From contig NC_092670.1 in NCBI RefSeq assembly GCF_964355755.1, positions 37,498,388-37,562,387 on the forward strand: a stretch of DNA of 64,000 bases, read 5' to 3'. The stretch is from Antedon mediterranea. Lineage: Eukaryota; Animalia; Echinodermata. The notes under the pieces are model-generated. The model had not been told where the DNA came from. It worked only from the letters and a program-made list of their open reading frames with translations, and searched no databases. This document shows positions 39,301 through 51,478 of the stretch, piece after piece. Made by a program: the position numbers and the translations under genes. The number at the start of each line of letters is the position of its first letter. Positions within the stretch are counted from its first letter, which is position 1.

Positions 39301-41960
39301 ACTGGCTTGAAAGAAATATCTGAAAATTAGGTATCCTCAAAACAATATTTTTAACTTTCTTAAAATTAATTTAATTTATACAGTATTATTAGAAAAGGCA
39401 AAACAGAATGGGTTTTGTACCATCATTAATTGATTTTGTGTTTTGCTGATGGGTGCATTGTGGATTCCAAACATCCTTCTTAGTATGCCTTCCTTTCCTC
39501 CTATCAGCACATCACTCAAGCTATTTTATATTTAATTTTGTTTTTATTTATTTTTCTGCTGTATATATTGTATTCTCTGGAGGAAATAAATATAACAAAA
39601 AAATAAATAAATAAAAACAATAGAAATGATATTTAAACATTTTTGTAATACTAATATATTTACTGTATTAATAAGTAGATTCTGTGGTTTGAGGTCACGA
39701 TGCAAGACGTTGTTGCTATGGCAAAATGCTAAACCCCGTAGCAACTGATACATGAATGCTTTGACAACATCCTGGTCTATTTCTCCATTGCATGCATCAA
39801 AGTACTTCTTCAAGTCTTGATCGCAATATTCAAACACTAAAGTCAACCGCTTCTCGCTGTGTAGTACATCGTGAAGGCGAACAATATTCTTGTGTTTTAG
39901 TTCCTTTAACAGGCAGATTTCTCTTAATGCTGAGCTTGGTACACCCTAATGATAAAACACAGTAAAGCTCTGTCTACACTCAAACTTGGAAACAAAATTT
40001 GATGTGCCTATAATACACACAAATATGGTAGTGGTATGACATCATCATGTCCATATAATATGGACATGATGATGTCATACCACTACCATATTTGGGTGTA
40101 TCACTGCACTACCATATTTGTCAAACTAGTTTGATAGTGTAGACAGACCTTTATGTGACAAAAAAATGTGATGTGCCCATATATGGACATGATGATGTCA
40201 TACCACTACCATATTTGGCTATATTTGGACACGCCACACTTTTTTGGTAAAACTAGTTTGATAGTTAAGACAAAGCTTTATTTATTATTTTTTTAATTGG
40301 CACCGTTGACCACTTGGTCTAATGTAAAGATTTCTATCTTGTCTTAGGCACTACGCTGTGCTGATATAGACACCAGAATGGTCAAGTACCAATAGTCTAT
40401 ACACAAAATGTTAGTTACATGCATGGACCACACCGATAGGCTTTTACAAGCACAGATGAATCTACCGATTGCAGTTTCCCCATCTCAATAATAGCCGGCC
40501 GGCCATACAGTACATACCTCATCATCGTCATCAAGACGTACTCTCTTTAGAGCTACGATTTCCTGCGTATCTTTGTTCTTTGCTTTAAATACTGTTCCAT
40601 AAGTACCTATTCAAATCAAATCAAATAATATTAGTATAAGTTTGGGCGCTAGTTCCGTTTCGCACCTGTCATTTATTTCGACTCAAAATGTGTTAAGAAA
40701 CTTTATCGTGAGTACCACACCTTAGAATTAGGCCTCAAAAATACTTTTACGAAGGAGATCACACAAAAAGTAAAAAATAAATGCTTTAAAGTGATGAATT
40801 TACAGACGTGTTTCTCGCACATCGGTTCCATACGCCATGTTCAATGTTGTAGTTTTTATGGAGCGCCAAAAGAGCAATCATAATAGAGGGCTAAAAACTC
40901 AATATAATGCGTATATTTAATGCATTTATTGGTGAAAATTACGTTCAATTTTAATATATTTTGTCAATGTCAATGCAAAAAAAAATGTTACTGTTGATAC
41001 TGTACATGGTTTTCGCAGTTTTCGTTAACTTTTAAGAATGAAAATCGACAAATTCATCATCATATTACATGTACTGTAGTTTTTATTTATACCTCAATGA
41101 TCTAAATAATATTCCTCTTAGTCTTATTAGGCCTAGGCCTAGGCTAGGTAGTGATTACTCCATGGTAGTGATGCTGATTTAGGCCTAGGGTTTTGTTGCA
41201 TTGACATTGACAAAATACAGTATAGTAAAATTGAACGTAATTTTCACCAATAAATGCATTAAATATACGCATTATATTGAGTTTTTAGCCCTCTATTATG
41301 ATTGCTCCTTTGGCGCTCCATAGAAACAACAACATTGAACATGGCGTATGCGAAATTGATGAACCGATGTGCGAGAAACACGTCTGTAAATTCATCAATT
41401 TAAAGCATTTATTTTTTACTTTTTGTGTGATCTCCTTCGTAAAAGTATTTTTGAGGCCTAATTCTAAGGTGTGGTACTCACGATAAAGTTTCTTAACACA
41501 TTTTGAGTCGAAATAAATGACAGGTGCGAAACGGAACTAGCGCCTAAGTTTGCACACTTTCACAACAAAGAAACAGAATTTTGGTCAAAAAAATTGTAAA
41601 TTAAAAAAAATTAATTTCGGTTAGAAAATTGTTTTAAAAAAATGTTAAGTATTAATATCTAGGCCTAAGCCTTATGTATGTTTGGAAGCATACACAATTC
41701 CCATTTTAAAAAATCTCTAGGCCTAGCTTATATATGGTGTGGTTTGTTTTCCGTCCTGGTCGCGGACCGCTTTAATTGATCGCTGTCGCTGACCCTGCCT
41801 TTGTTAGGCCTAGAGTTTAGATTTACTTATATAGGCCTACCGATAGGATTTATTCATTCGTGAATGATCGGTAAGTAAGCTCATTTTCAAACTTAACTTA
41901 ATAGATATTCAATTTATACATACCTTCCCCAATTTTCTCAAGTTTTTCATATTTTTGCAT
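30395..41960 (-). CDS. CDK5: Cyclin-dependent kinase 5, 295 aa; exons 41960-41924, 40606-40518, 39945-39664, 39235-39064, 38211-38081, 37679-37599, 30490-30395
   Basis: [29 protein letters not shown] helix (diagnostic of CDK5), [40 protein letters not shown], last exon [24 protein letters not shown]. All phases join into 888 nt. Confidence 0.97.
31122..31220. mobile_element. MITE family A copy, truncated
   Basis: Left TIR plus core. Confidence 0.65.
32759..35005 (+). CDS. Putative nested gene in CDK5 intron 6; exons 32759-32860, 34808-35005; 99-aa protein ending in GVGG, possibly ubiquitin-like fold
   Basis: ATG with A at -3 and an upstream in-frame TAA; phase-0 donor GAG|GTAACA; strong acceptor atcttccacttttag|GCC in matching phase 0. 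Both segments look coding against the AT-rich background. No known homolog recognised. Confidence 0.55.
32837..33147. repeat. Tandem duplication, 2 x ~155 bp
   Basis: TTTTGTTGGCTTTATGCATTTGAGGTAAC...TTGATTCTACT occurs twice. Confidence 0.9.
36176..36298. mobile_element. MITE family A copy, degenerate
   Basis: Degenerate TIRs plus core. Confidence 0.65.
36331..37458. mobile_element. 1128-bp non-autonomous TIR transposon with TTAA TSD (Kolobok-like)
   Basis: 28-bp TIR AATGGACCTGAAATGGA(T/C)TTTCGATTTT with one mismatch, TTAA on both sides, CpG-rich interior, no transposase ORF. Confidence 0.85.
37976..38074. mobile_element. MITE family A copy next to the CDK5 exon 5 donor
   Basis: CTGTCTACACTATCAAA...TTTGATAGTGTAGACAGAGC. 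Confidence 0.75.
38837..39003. mobile_element. MITE family A copy
   Basis: TIRs plus core. Confidence 0.8.
39966..40277. mobile_element. MITE family A, composite or tandem double copy
   Basis: One left TIR, two right TIRs and an internal palindrome at ~40020-40095. Confidence 0.75.
40645..41544. mobile_element. 900-bp foldback element with ~335-bp TIRs and 8-bp TSD (Merlin- or MULE-like)
   Basis: 40645-~40978 is the reverse complement of ~41196-41544; termini GGCGCTAG...CTAGCGCC; TAAGTTTG duplicated at 40637-40644 and 41545-41552. Confidence 0.92.
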
Positions 41961-42634
41961 TTTAATATACCGTCAAAAACAACAAAACAAAATGTTATAC
42001 AATAATAATTAAATTTGAATCCAGCCGTTAGGAAAACAAATACACCGCGTTTTATTGCATCATCCACCACACACGGCCTGGAAATGCTAGACCAATCGTG
42101 TACCTATTGACAATAAATTTTTCATTTAAATAAATAATTTCTATTCTGTTGTCTACTTAAAATTATAAACCAGAATATAATAACACGTTATGAACCAAAT
42201 ATATTTATTATTATTATAGATTTATTGAATTTACATACAGAATTTAAAAATCTATTTTGGAGATTATTTCTCTCACAATTTTGAAGCAGACGACGTATAG
42301 TTCCTAACACCGACATGGCAAAGTGTTATTGGTCTAAAGTATTTTGGACAATATATCTATCCGCATAAACTTTTTCAATTTCAAATTGCAAACTTATTAG
42401 TATAATCTATCCACCGATTACAGTTGATTATGTATTATATAAGTATTTTGCAACAATTGATGGTACAATAGAAATAAACTTTGAAAGGAAATCACCATTT
42501 CTATAACTACTTTATGACAGGTTTGAAGACAAACTAAATGATTGAGTGAGTGGGTTTCACACACTGACAATAACACTGTCGTGTCACTAATTTGAAGGAG
42601 GCCCACGGAACCGGTGTGAGGTAGAAACGTGAGG
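41961..42634. promoter_or_regulatory. Short divergent (bidirectional) promoter region between CDK5 and PDIA4, with an ERSE-like element at 42314-42332
   Basis: Only 674 bp separate the two start codons. The minus strand reads CCAAT-N9-CCATG, one mismatch from the ERSE consensus CCAAT-N9-CCACG. Confidence 0.6.
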
Positions 42635-45600
42635 ATGTTTTCGGCTAAGTTCCTAACTTTTCTTATCTTTGGCTTGCTAATATTTGGTAGGCAACTCTGT
42701 AAAGCTGACGAGGATGCAGCTACGGATGCTCCAGGTATTTATAGCTGTTATAATTTCAGTAGCTTAGCTAGCTCTAGGTAGGCCTAGACATGCATCTCCC
42801 CTGCTGCATAGCATAGACCATAGGCTAATAGGCCTACATCATGATCATGATACACAGACTGAGGATGGTATATGAAGATAGGCATGGGCTATATAGGTAG
42901 GACGGGTAGGCTTTGCTTAGATTCATTCATCTTTCACCGAGCACTGCCTGTATAAAATGCACCGACCTACATAAACAACAATACAAGAGGAGACCAATCG
43001 TGCTTTAATTATTTAGGCATATTAGTTTGAAGCAGGCACTCTGATTTGAAGATAGTAAAATTTGAAAATAAAACCATTTAATCTTTATTTATAACCAACC
43101 AAGAAGTATTAAAATAATAAATCATTTTTTGTTTGTTATTTAGCTGAAACCGAGACCGGAAATGAAGAGGAGGCTGAAGATAGTGCGGATCCTGTAGTGG
43201 AAGAGGAGGGCGATGTTATTGTTCTAACAAATGAGAATTTTGACTTTGTTGTTATGGACAAAGAAATAATTTTAGTAGAATTTTATGCTCCTTGGTAAGT
43301 GGACAAATGAAGTGGATCGACTTGGTCCATGCCTATCTCTTGGAGTCCTAGTACTAAACACCATGCAACATGTCCAATGCTATACATAATAATTCCACAC
43401 ACGCCTTTCCCTAGATGCTATTAGATGTTATTGTTTAGTACAGTAATCCATACCCCCCTAAATAATCAACTCACTCGTACATCTAACTGAAATTCTTTTT
43501 ACTTCACCATTGCTAATACCCTTTCTCTTCATAACAGATATCGATATCAACTTGGCTGTCTTACTTTTAAACCTCTCCATAATCTTGCTACTCAATCTAT
43601 CTCTCAATTACATTTTTATGTCTCGTCATGATGTATTTTTGTGAGGGTCCCTAATGATCAGCTTCGACTGGATGGTCCACCCTAATAAAATATTGTTGAA
43701 ATAAAATTAATAAATAATAAGACTGATTTGCCATTAAGCTGTTTAGTGGGTACAGTATACTTGTCAGACAATGTCTGACAAGGTCTTTATTTTAATTGTG
43801 TTGAACTTATATATACACAAATACATTATACAACAAACCTGTGGCAGTAAAAGAAGCTATTTGTATTCCAACATTGTATATATTATTTGCAGTAGTACAC
43901 AAAATGCTAATTTGTTATTGTATTCAATTTCAGGTGTGGACACTGTAAAAGATTAGAGCCTGAATATAAGAAAGCTGCAAAAACTTTGAAAGAGAATGAT
44001 CCACCTGTAGCTCTTGCAAAGCTTGATGCAACTGCTCATGCTGACGCAGCAGGACGCTACGATGTATCTGGATACCCTACCCTCAAAATATTCCGCAATG
44101 GAAAGGCGTACGACTACAAAGGTCCTCGTGAAGAGGCTGGTAAGGAGTACCATTTTGGTATTTGTTTTTTACTTGGTAACCTCTTCAGTCAAAGACTGCT
44201 CTCCCCGAGGGCCCAGTTATGATCAGTGGCTGTGTGTGTACTATTACACCGGGGTAACCCTACTCGTCTTGAAAGATGTACTAGGTTATTTAAAGTGCAC
44301 ATGAGCTAGATGTGTACACTGCTGGGGTAGCACTAACATTTCATTTTGTTTAGCCATTTGGCGAAAGTCAAAATATTTTTTTAGTCAAATCAGTTTATCT
44401 ATAGCCAAAATGGCTAAAGTCTAATTTTTTTATTTAGCCAAATGAATCGGTTTATAGCCAACATTTAAAATTTTTGAAATATAGTGGTAAAAACATTTTA
44501 GTCAATTTATCTATGTCAACAGGTCTATACACTGTTCCCTGAACATTTTTGTAAGGCACTGAGATAAAGTAAAGAACCATGCCTACTGTATATCACTGTA
44601 TGATTAAAAAAAATATTTTTTTTTTGTATTTTTTTTACATGATCAAAACAATTGTTCAAATTGTTTTTAATCATACAGCATTTTATACAGTTATCAATTT
44701 AATAAGAAACATTTTACAGTTTTCTGAAATCCCCTGAACGCTATGTTACTTTTGTTTTTTACGCTTGGCTGGTCATGTTTGCGTGTGGCGTACCAGGCGA
44801 AAATCGTGTCCTAGAATCACTCAGAATCACCGCCGCGCAGCCGGTTAATGTTTTTAAATTGGGTATGCTCAAGAGGTGCAAAAGTGCAGAACCGCCGGCC
44901 TAGGCCTACAAAATTATGTACAACAACGCAACGGTATATCGTATGCTAAAAATATTGAGGGAAATGCCTGGAATTTTTATCATTTTATTTTATTGATGAT
45001 CCTCCTTTATCTGCAAAAAAATAAAAACATTATTAGATAGATCTACATTGTTATATAATTATGTAAACATTTTGTATATTCTTAAGTTGTTGGAATTCAA
45101 TCATGATTAAGTCAATTACAAGGCGGTAGACCGGGAACCAGTCAACTGACAGAAGAGGGCTCTCAATGTCATTTCTATTGACGTACCTGCACACAATATT
45201 CATAACCACACACCCCCACTTTAATAATGGAATAACCCTAAAAAAAAACTCCAGAGCCAAAACGGCAGTTGATCCATTCCGCTAGCAAACGAACACTCGT
45301 ATCGTTGTTAAACGTAAGATAATATAGGCCAAAGCACAGAGTACACGTCTCTCCATCCCTCAAGGCTGCGCCGAAGCGTTTCTGTCAGGGCGAGAAATTT
45401 ATCCGATTATTATTAATTTTACACAACAAGACAGAAGCCGGCGGCCGGCCCCGCTCAGATGCACGTGTGTGTTCAGCTAAATCCCCGTTAGACTTTACCA
45501 TTTCCCGCATGTTGTTTTGTTTACACTACTGACGCACGAGGGAAGTTTATTAAGGCTAAAATATGAAACTACATTAAATTGGAAGACTCTAAAATGCATA

Positions 45601-48600
45601 ACGCATACATTTTTGATTTCGATAAGATTAAGACGTCATTCATCGAAGATACTATAATGTTTCTTTTTAATCTGAAAAGTACACCCCTATCGAAAAATAG
45701 ACAATCCCGGTAATTAGCCGACCGTCGGCTACGTAGTCGATCGTTTGTGCAGCGCACAACACGTGATAGTTTGGGTAGACTTCATCGTCCATGTGTCGTG
45801 TAACGTCTGTCTCTCTGTGCAGTCTACCTCTGCTATCTCCATCTTTTTGAAATAACAAAGAGACGCCTGGTACAACGAAACAAGTTGACGAAAAATGGAG
45901 CTTGAAGTAAACAATGTGATAACAAACAAAATAAATGCTTGGAGATCGACAAATGGACCTTTTAGTTGGACTTTATGCTTTCGCCAAAATGGTTATTTAA
46001 TTATCTATTTTATCATATGTCATCACCAAAATGGCTAAAGTAGCCGTTTTATTTTTCGCCAATCTAGAAACGTTTTCGCCCATGGCGACTTGGCGATCGG
46101 CCAGTGCAAGCCTAGCACTGGACCTACAGTAGGGTTTATAGTCCTTATCTGAGAAGACTTGATGCCATTCATCCAATAACTTGATGCTCACTGGCCCATT
46201 AGTTAGACAGCTGTAAGATGTGAATAGATAATTGTACTCCTGTTGATTTTTTGAAATGGTTTTTTTGATTTTATTTTTCAGGTATTGTGAGCTACATGAA
46301 GGAGCAAGCAGATCCTAGCTGGGCACCACCTCCAGAGGCAGTCATCACGTTGACAGACGCAACATTTGATGAGGTCGTCAACAAAGAAGAGTTGATTCTT
46401 GTTGAATTCTATGCACCTTGGTATGTTCTGCTAAAGCTCTGTCAAACAGATGGGACAAAAAAATATGATGTGCCCATATATGAACATGATGATATCACTA
46501 CCATATTTGGGCATATCACTACTATGTTTGAGCACATCACACTAGTTTGATAGTGTAGACAGCTTAATAAGACGTTTCTCAAATAATATTGTGCGCTGTG
46601 AACCTATTCAACCTTATTAAAACAAGGTCGAAAACTAAAATAGGAAGTATTCAGTTTCACAAATAAAATACTGTAGCAACCTAGCGCGCTGTTGTTGATG
46701 GGAAGAGGCTATTGGCACGAACGGTTAACAGCATATAATAATTTATTTATTTTCTATCTGCATAGGTGAATTTTTTTTAATGATCATGCACCTAGTTCGC
46801 TGTGCTGATAAGACAACAGAATTAAGGATTATGTGTCACCTTGCCAATAGAAAACAAAGCATTAGATGCATAGTTGACGTTGTCGATAGGGTCAACTGTG
46901 CTAATAGCGATGATACTAATTATTCTGTATCATTGATAGAAAATACTATTGCATTGATTGAAAATACTATTGCATTGATTGAAAATACTATTGCATTGAT
47001 TGAAAATACTATTGCATTGATTGAAAATACTATTGCATTGATTGAAAATACTATTGCATTGATTGAAAATACTATTGCATGGTCGACCAAACCTATAGAA
47101 ACTTTAAATTACACACTAATCACAAAACAAGTCAATAATAATTATATTCTTTTACTTCAGGTGTGGTCACTGCAAAAAGCTAGCCCCAGAATATGAAGAT
47201 GCAGCACAGCAATTGAAAAAGTTTGATCCCCCAATTCCACTAGCTAAAGTGGATGCAACAGAAGCAACAGAAAGCGCTGGTAGATTTGGAGTTACTGGCT
47301 ACCCAACGCTTAAAATCTTCAGGAATGGAAAAGATTATGAATATAATGGACCACGAGATGGCCCAGGTAAGTTACTGTTATCAATATGTCGCCCTCTACT
47401 TTTATTAGACACTGGTCCAGCATACAATGTCTATGTCTTTATCTTATTTCTTTATACTAATTTTAATATTATTATGATTGTAGTACACTGAAAGTATCTA
47501 TTTTTATTTCATCGTTTTTGTTTTTATTTATTATTTTAAGTAGTAAATTGTATTAGTTTAAATGTATGTGTATTATTTCTGGTGTCTTTCTCGAGACAAG
47601 AAACTTGATTTCTTCTAGAGAAGACCCTAAATGATGGCTTATTACTATGTTTTCATTTATGTACACACATATATTATACTGTATAATGCCATTGTTGAAC
47701 AAATAAATGTTTTTTGAACTTTTGAACTTGATGTACAGACTCTAGTCAATCACAACACACCTGGATCATTGCCGTTTTAAACATGCTGTTTAGTATTGGT
47801 TCTATTGTATGATCATAACAATTCTATTCAATTGTACTATTGCATGACAGATTTTTGTGAAAAAAAAACTGATAATGAATGTTTCAAAATTCGTTGAAAA
47901 CCAGTCCTATTTAACTTGCCAATCAATCTTCCAACCCATAGAAATATTCTCTCTATTCAACTCATAAACATTCATTATTGTACACTGATAAAACAATATT
48001 TCATTCTTCAGGAATAATCGATTATATGCAGAAACAATCAGGCGATAGTTCAAAGAATAAAGCAACATTGAAGGACATGAAGAAGTTCTTAGAACATCAG
48101 GATGATGTCAGCATTGTTGGCTTTTTTAGTAGTGAAGAAGATGATCTATACAAGATGTACCTTGACAAAGGTATGTAGTATAGCAATGTTAGTCACAATG
48201 AGGCCCAGACTTTATACCCACACATACGATGATTAAAGCTCTGTCTACTCTATCAAACTAGTGATATCCCCACATATGGTAAAAATATGACATCATCATG
48301 TCCATATTTAGGGCACATCACATTTTTTGTCACATAAAATTTGATAGTGTAGACAAAAGTTTAAAACACAAGAAAGAAGATTATATATATATGTATGTAT
48401 GCCGTTCTGTGTCTTTATTAATAACAATAAGCCTCAAAGGAGGGGTTTATAAGCACGATAAATTATAAAATAGTTTATCCATCCTGTAATTGGCGTATTT
48501 GTGCTCACTGTTGGATGCGTATAAAATAAAAAATATTAATAATAATAATAATATTATGAAAAATTCTAAATTAAAACTTAGTTTATAAGCATGATTTATA

Positions 48601-50660
48601 AGCATGATAAATTATGAAATAGTTTATCCATCCTGAAATTGGCGAGTTTGTGCTCGCTGTAGGAAGCGTATGAAATAAAAAAAAAATTGTTTTAATTTCA
48701 GGTAATAGTTTACGTGATGACTACCGATTTGCCCACACATTTGATGCGACGGTTATAAGCCACTACAAAGCAAAAACTGAATCTATTGTTGTCTTTGTAC
48801 CAGAACGATTCCAAAGCAAGTATGAACCAAAGAGATATGTGTTCACACAGGTAAGAATGGATACTTTATACTGGCCACAAGAAAGTTACTTTCCTTTTAT
48901 GCAGTCAGTGAACTATAAATTGTGACACCTTAAGCTCTGTCTGCACTATCAAACTAGTTTGATAAAAAAAAATGTGATGTGCTCAAATATGGTAGTGATA
49001 TGCCCAAATGTGGTAGTGATATGCCCAAATGTGGTAGTGATATGCCGAAATATGGTAGTGATGTGACATCATGTCCATATACCCTGTATGGGCACATCAC
49101 ATTTTTTTGTCGCATAAAGTTTGATTGTGTAAACAGAGCTTTAGACTGGCCTTTAAAAATGCTTTTAGTTTTAAGATAGTTTCTCGGTTTTTTTTTTTGA
49201 GTTTCCTAAATGACCCATATACACCATTTCATAATATATTGCATGGAGGTTTTTTTATGCACTTAAAATTAAAAAATTGAATTTTATCAACTGTCTTAGG
49301 CTGATGGAGACTCCGATGATCTTGAGGAATTCTATGAAAAACACCAATTGCCGTTGGTTGGGCAGATGACAAAGGCAAATCAAGAAAAGCGATATGCAGG
49401 CCGCCCTCTATTGGTTGCTTATTATTCCGTTGACTGGAGTTTTGAATACAGAGTTGGTAAGTGAAACTTTGTTTGGTGTTTAAACGTGTTTATGGAACTT
49501 GTTTTTGAGTTGAGTACAATGAACATTAATTTACACATTCTAGCCACTGAGATCTGGCGTAAGAAGTTATTAGACGTTGCTAAGGACTACAAAGATTTGA
49601 CCTTTGCCATCGCGGACGAGGAAGAGTTCAAAGATCAACTGAAAGAGCTTGAGCTGGATGACAGCGGTGAAGAAATAAGCATCGGTATCTGGGGAAATGA
49701 CAAAAAGAAGTTTAGGATGGATCCAGAGGAAGATTTTGATGACGAAGAGTTGAGAGAATTTATTGATGACTGGAAAAAAGGTAAATCAGTATTTATTTAC
49801 TTAATTTACAATAGATTGGTTCTGGCTACTACCATATGAATGATCTCGTTAGACCTTATCATACAGTTTATCAGTAAAGTGGTTTTCTTAAGCCTAGTCT
49901 ACACAAGCAAGTTTGTCAACTACTGAAGTTTACACCAGCAAACTTTGATAAACCTTTCTTGACAAATTCAGAGTTTGTTGAGTTTGTTTACAGAGGTAGC
50001 TTAAAGCTCTATCTACACTATCAAACTATATTGAGAAAAAATGTGTGATGTACACAAATATGGTAGTGGTATGCCCAAATATGGTAGTGATATAGCATCA
50101 TCATGTCCATATATGGGCACATCATATTCTTGTTACATACAGTTTGAAAGTGGAGACAGAGCTTTAAACAATAAATAAATGTGTATCCTTTTAGTTTAGT
50201 TATCACTTGGTAACTTCAAAATTCTGTTCTCTGTACAGGTAAAGTTGATCCTGTTGTTAAATCACAGCCAACCCCAAAGAAGAACAATGGACCAGTTACG
50301 ATTGTTACTGGAAAAACATTTGAAAAGATCGTTTTGGACAAATCTAAAGACGTCCTATTGGAATTGTATGCTCCTTGGTGTGGACATTGCAAAAAACTGG
50401 AGCCGATCTTCAAGAAACTAGGCAAGAAATATAAAGATAACAAAAATATAGTTATAGCTAAGATGGATGCCACAGCCAATGATGTGCCATCTCTAAGTTA
50501 CACCCATATGGGATTCCCAACACTTTATTTCGCAAAAGCTAATGATAAACAAAAGCCAGTTAAGTTTGAAACTGGCGAGCGTTCGTTGGAAAAGTTGGTA
50601 GAATTTATTGAATACCATGCTACAGTTGATTTGAAAAAGGGGGCAAAGACCGAGTTATAA
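42635..50660 (+). CDS. PDIA4: Protein disulfide-isomerase A4 (ERp72), 641 aa; exons 42635-42734, 43144-43294, 43934-44139, 46282-46420, 47161-47366, 48012-48170, 48702-48850, 49300-49456, 49544-49780, 50239-50660
   Basis: Signal peptide, acidic N-terminus, three YAPWCGHCK thioredoxin active sites, C-terminal KTEL. All ten exon phases join into 1926 nt. Confidence 0.96.
44323..46113. mobile_element. ~1.8-kb probable non-autonomous hAT-like element in PDIA4 intron 3
   Basis: Imperfect termini TGGGGTAGCACT / AGTGCAAGCCTA, clustered subterminal TGGCGA/TAGCCA motifs at both ends, CpG-rich interior. Confidence 0.55.
46435..46564. mobile_element. MITE family A copy
   Basis: TIR remnants plus core. 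Confidence 0.7.
46931..47080. repeat. 21-bp minisatellite x ~7
   Basis: (CATTGATTGAAAATACTATTG)n, nearly perfect. Confidence 0.95.
48237..48361. mobile_element. MITE family A copy
   Basis: TIRs plus core. Confidence 0.75.
48447..48680. repeat. Local direct duplication (~85 bp x 2) in PDIA4 intron 6
   Basis: TATAAGCA(C/T)GATAAATTAT...TATCCATCCTG...GCGTAT occurs twice. Confidence 0.75.
48933..49140. mobile_element. MITE family A copy with four internal 21-bp units
   Basis: TIRs plus (ATATGCCCAAATGTGGTAGTG)n. Confidence 0.8.
50005..50163. mobile_element. MITE family A copy
   Basis: TIRs plus core. Confidence 0.75.
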
Positions 50661-51155
50661 GACACAAATTATTCCCATCCATTTTTTTTTTTAGGTGTGG
50701 GAAATTTTTTTTTTTTTAACTAAATTTATTTCTTAACATTTTACATTTTTGTTCAAATTTTGTTATCACATCAGTAAAAAAATTTTTTCAAGGGCACCAA
50801 CCAATTTTTAAATAACTTTAATGATCAAAGTTAGTTTAAACTGAAAAATTGTTGGAAAAACAAACAGGTTATCTTTATTTTACACTGATTAACATTCCTA
50901 ATTTTTACTCGATTAGATCCAACTTTTGTAGATGGTGGTGGGTTGTGTCTGATAGAATTATTTAAATTTTTCCCTTTTTCAAATATTTCATTTTTTTTTC
51001 CCAATCTTGCTTAGTTCACTTTATATAATACTGAGATCCAGTATAATACATTTGGACAACTCTACTTTCAAATTAATGGACACCTTTAAATGGACAATAT
51101 TATTTATTTTAAACTAATCTATGCAGTTAATAATCATGAATATCTGTTCTACAAT

Positions 51156-51478
51156 ACAGATGTACCTCCAAATAAGGACCATTGCTAGAATAATTTATAT
51201 TAAAATATAAAACACAGGTGTATCTCCAAATAAGGACCATTGTTAGAATAATTTATATTAAAATATAAAACACAGGTGTACCTCCAGATAAGTACTATTG
51301 CTAGAATAATTTCAGTTAGCATATGTAACACAGGTGTACCTCCAGATAAGTACTATTGCTAGAATCATTTCAGTTAGCATATGTAACACAGGTGTACCTC
51401 CAGATAAGTACTATTGCTAGAATCATTTCAGTTAGCATATGTAATACAGGTGTACCTCCAGATAAGTACTATTGCTAG
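51156..51478. repeat. ~57-bp minisatellite x ~5.5 downstream of the PDIA4 stop codon
   Basis: ACAGGTGTACCTCCAGATAAGTACTATTGCTAGAAT... units in two sub-variants. Confidence 0.9.

Noticed and set aside
45569-45929. Three overlapping short ORFs
   Set aside because: They lie inside a non-autonomous transposon and show no recognisable transposase motif.
46780-47196. 138-aa ORF with (IALIENT)n
   Set aside because: It is the translation of a 21-bp intronic minisatellite and overlaps PDIA4 exon 5 out of frame. It has no unique spacers, so it is not a CRISPR array.
48979-49179. ORF with repeated KCGSDMP
   Set aside because: It derives from the internal 21-bp units of MITE family A.
51156-51478. Regularly spaced repeats resembling a CRISPR array
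   Set aside because: The units are contiguous tandem copies with no unique spacers, in a eukaryotic context with no cas genes.
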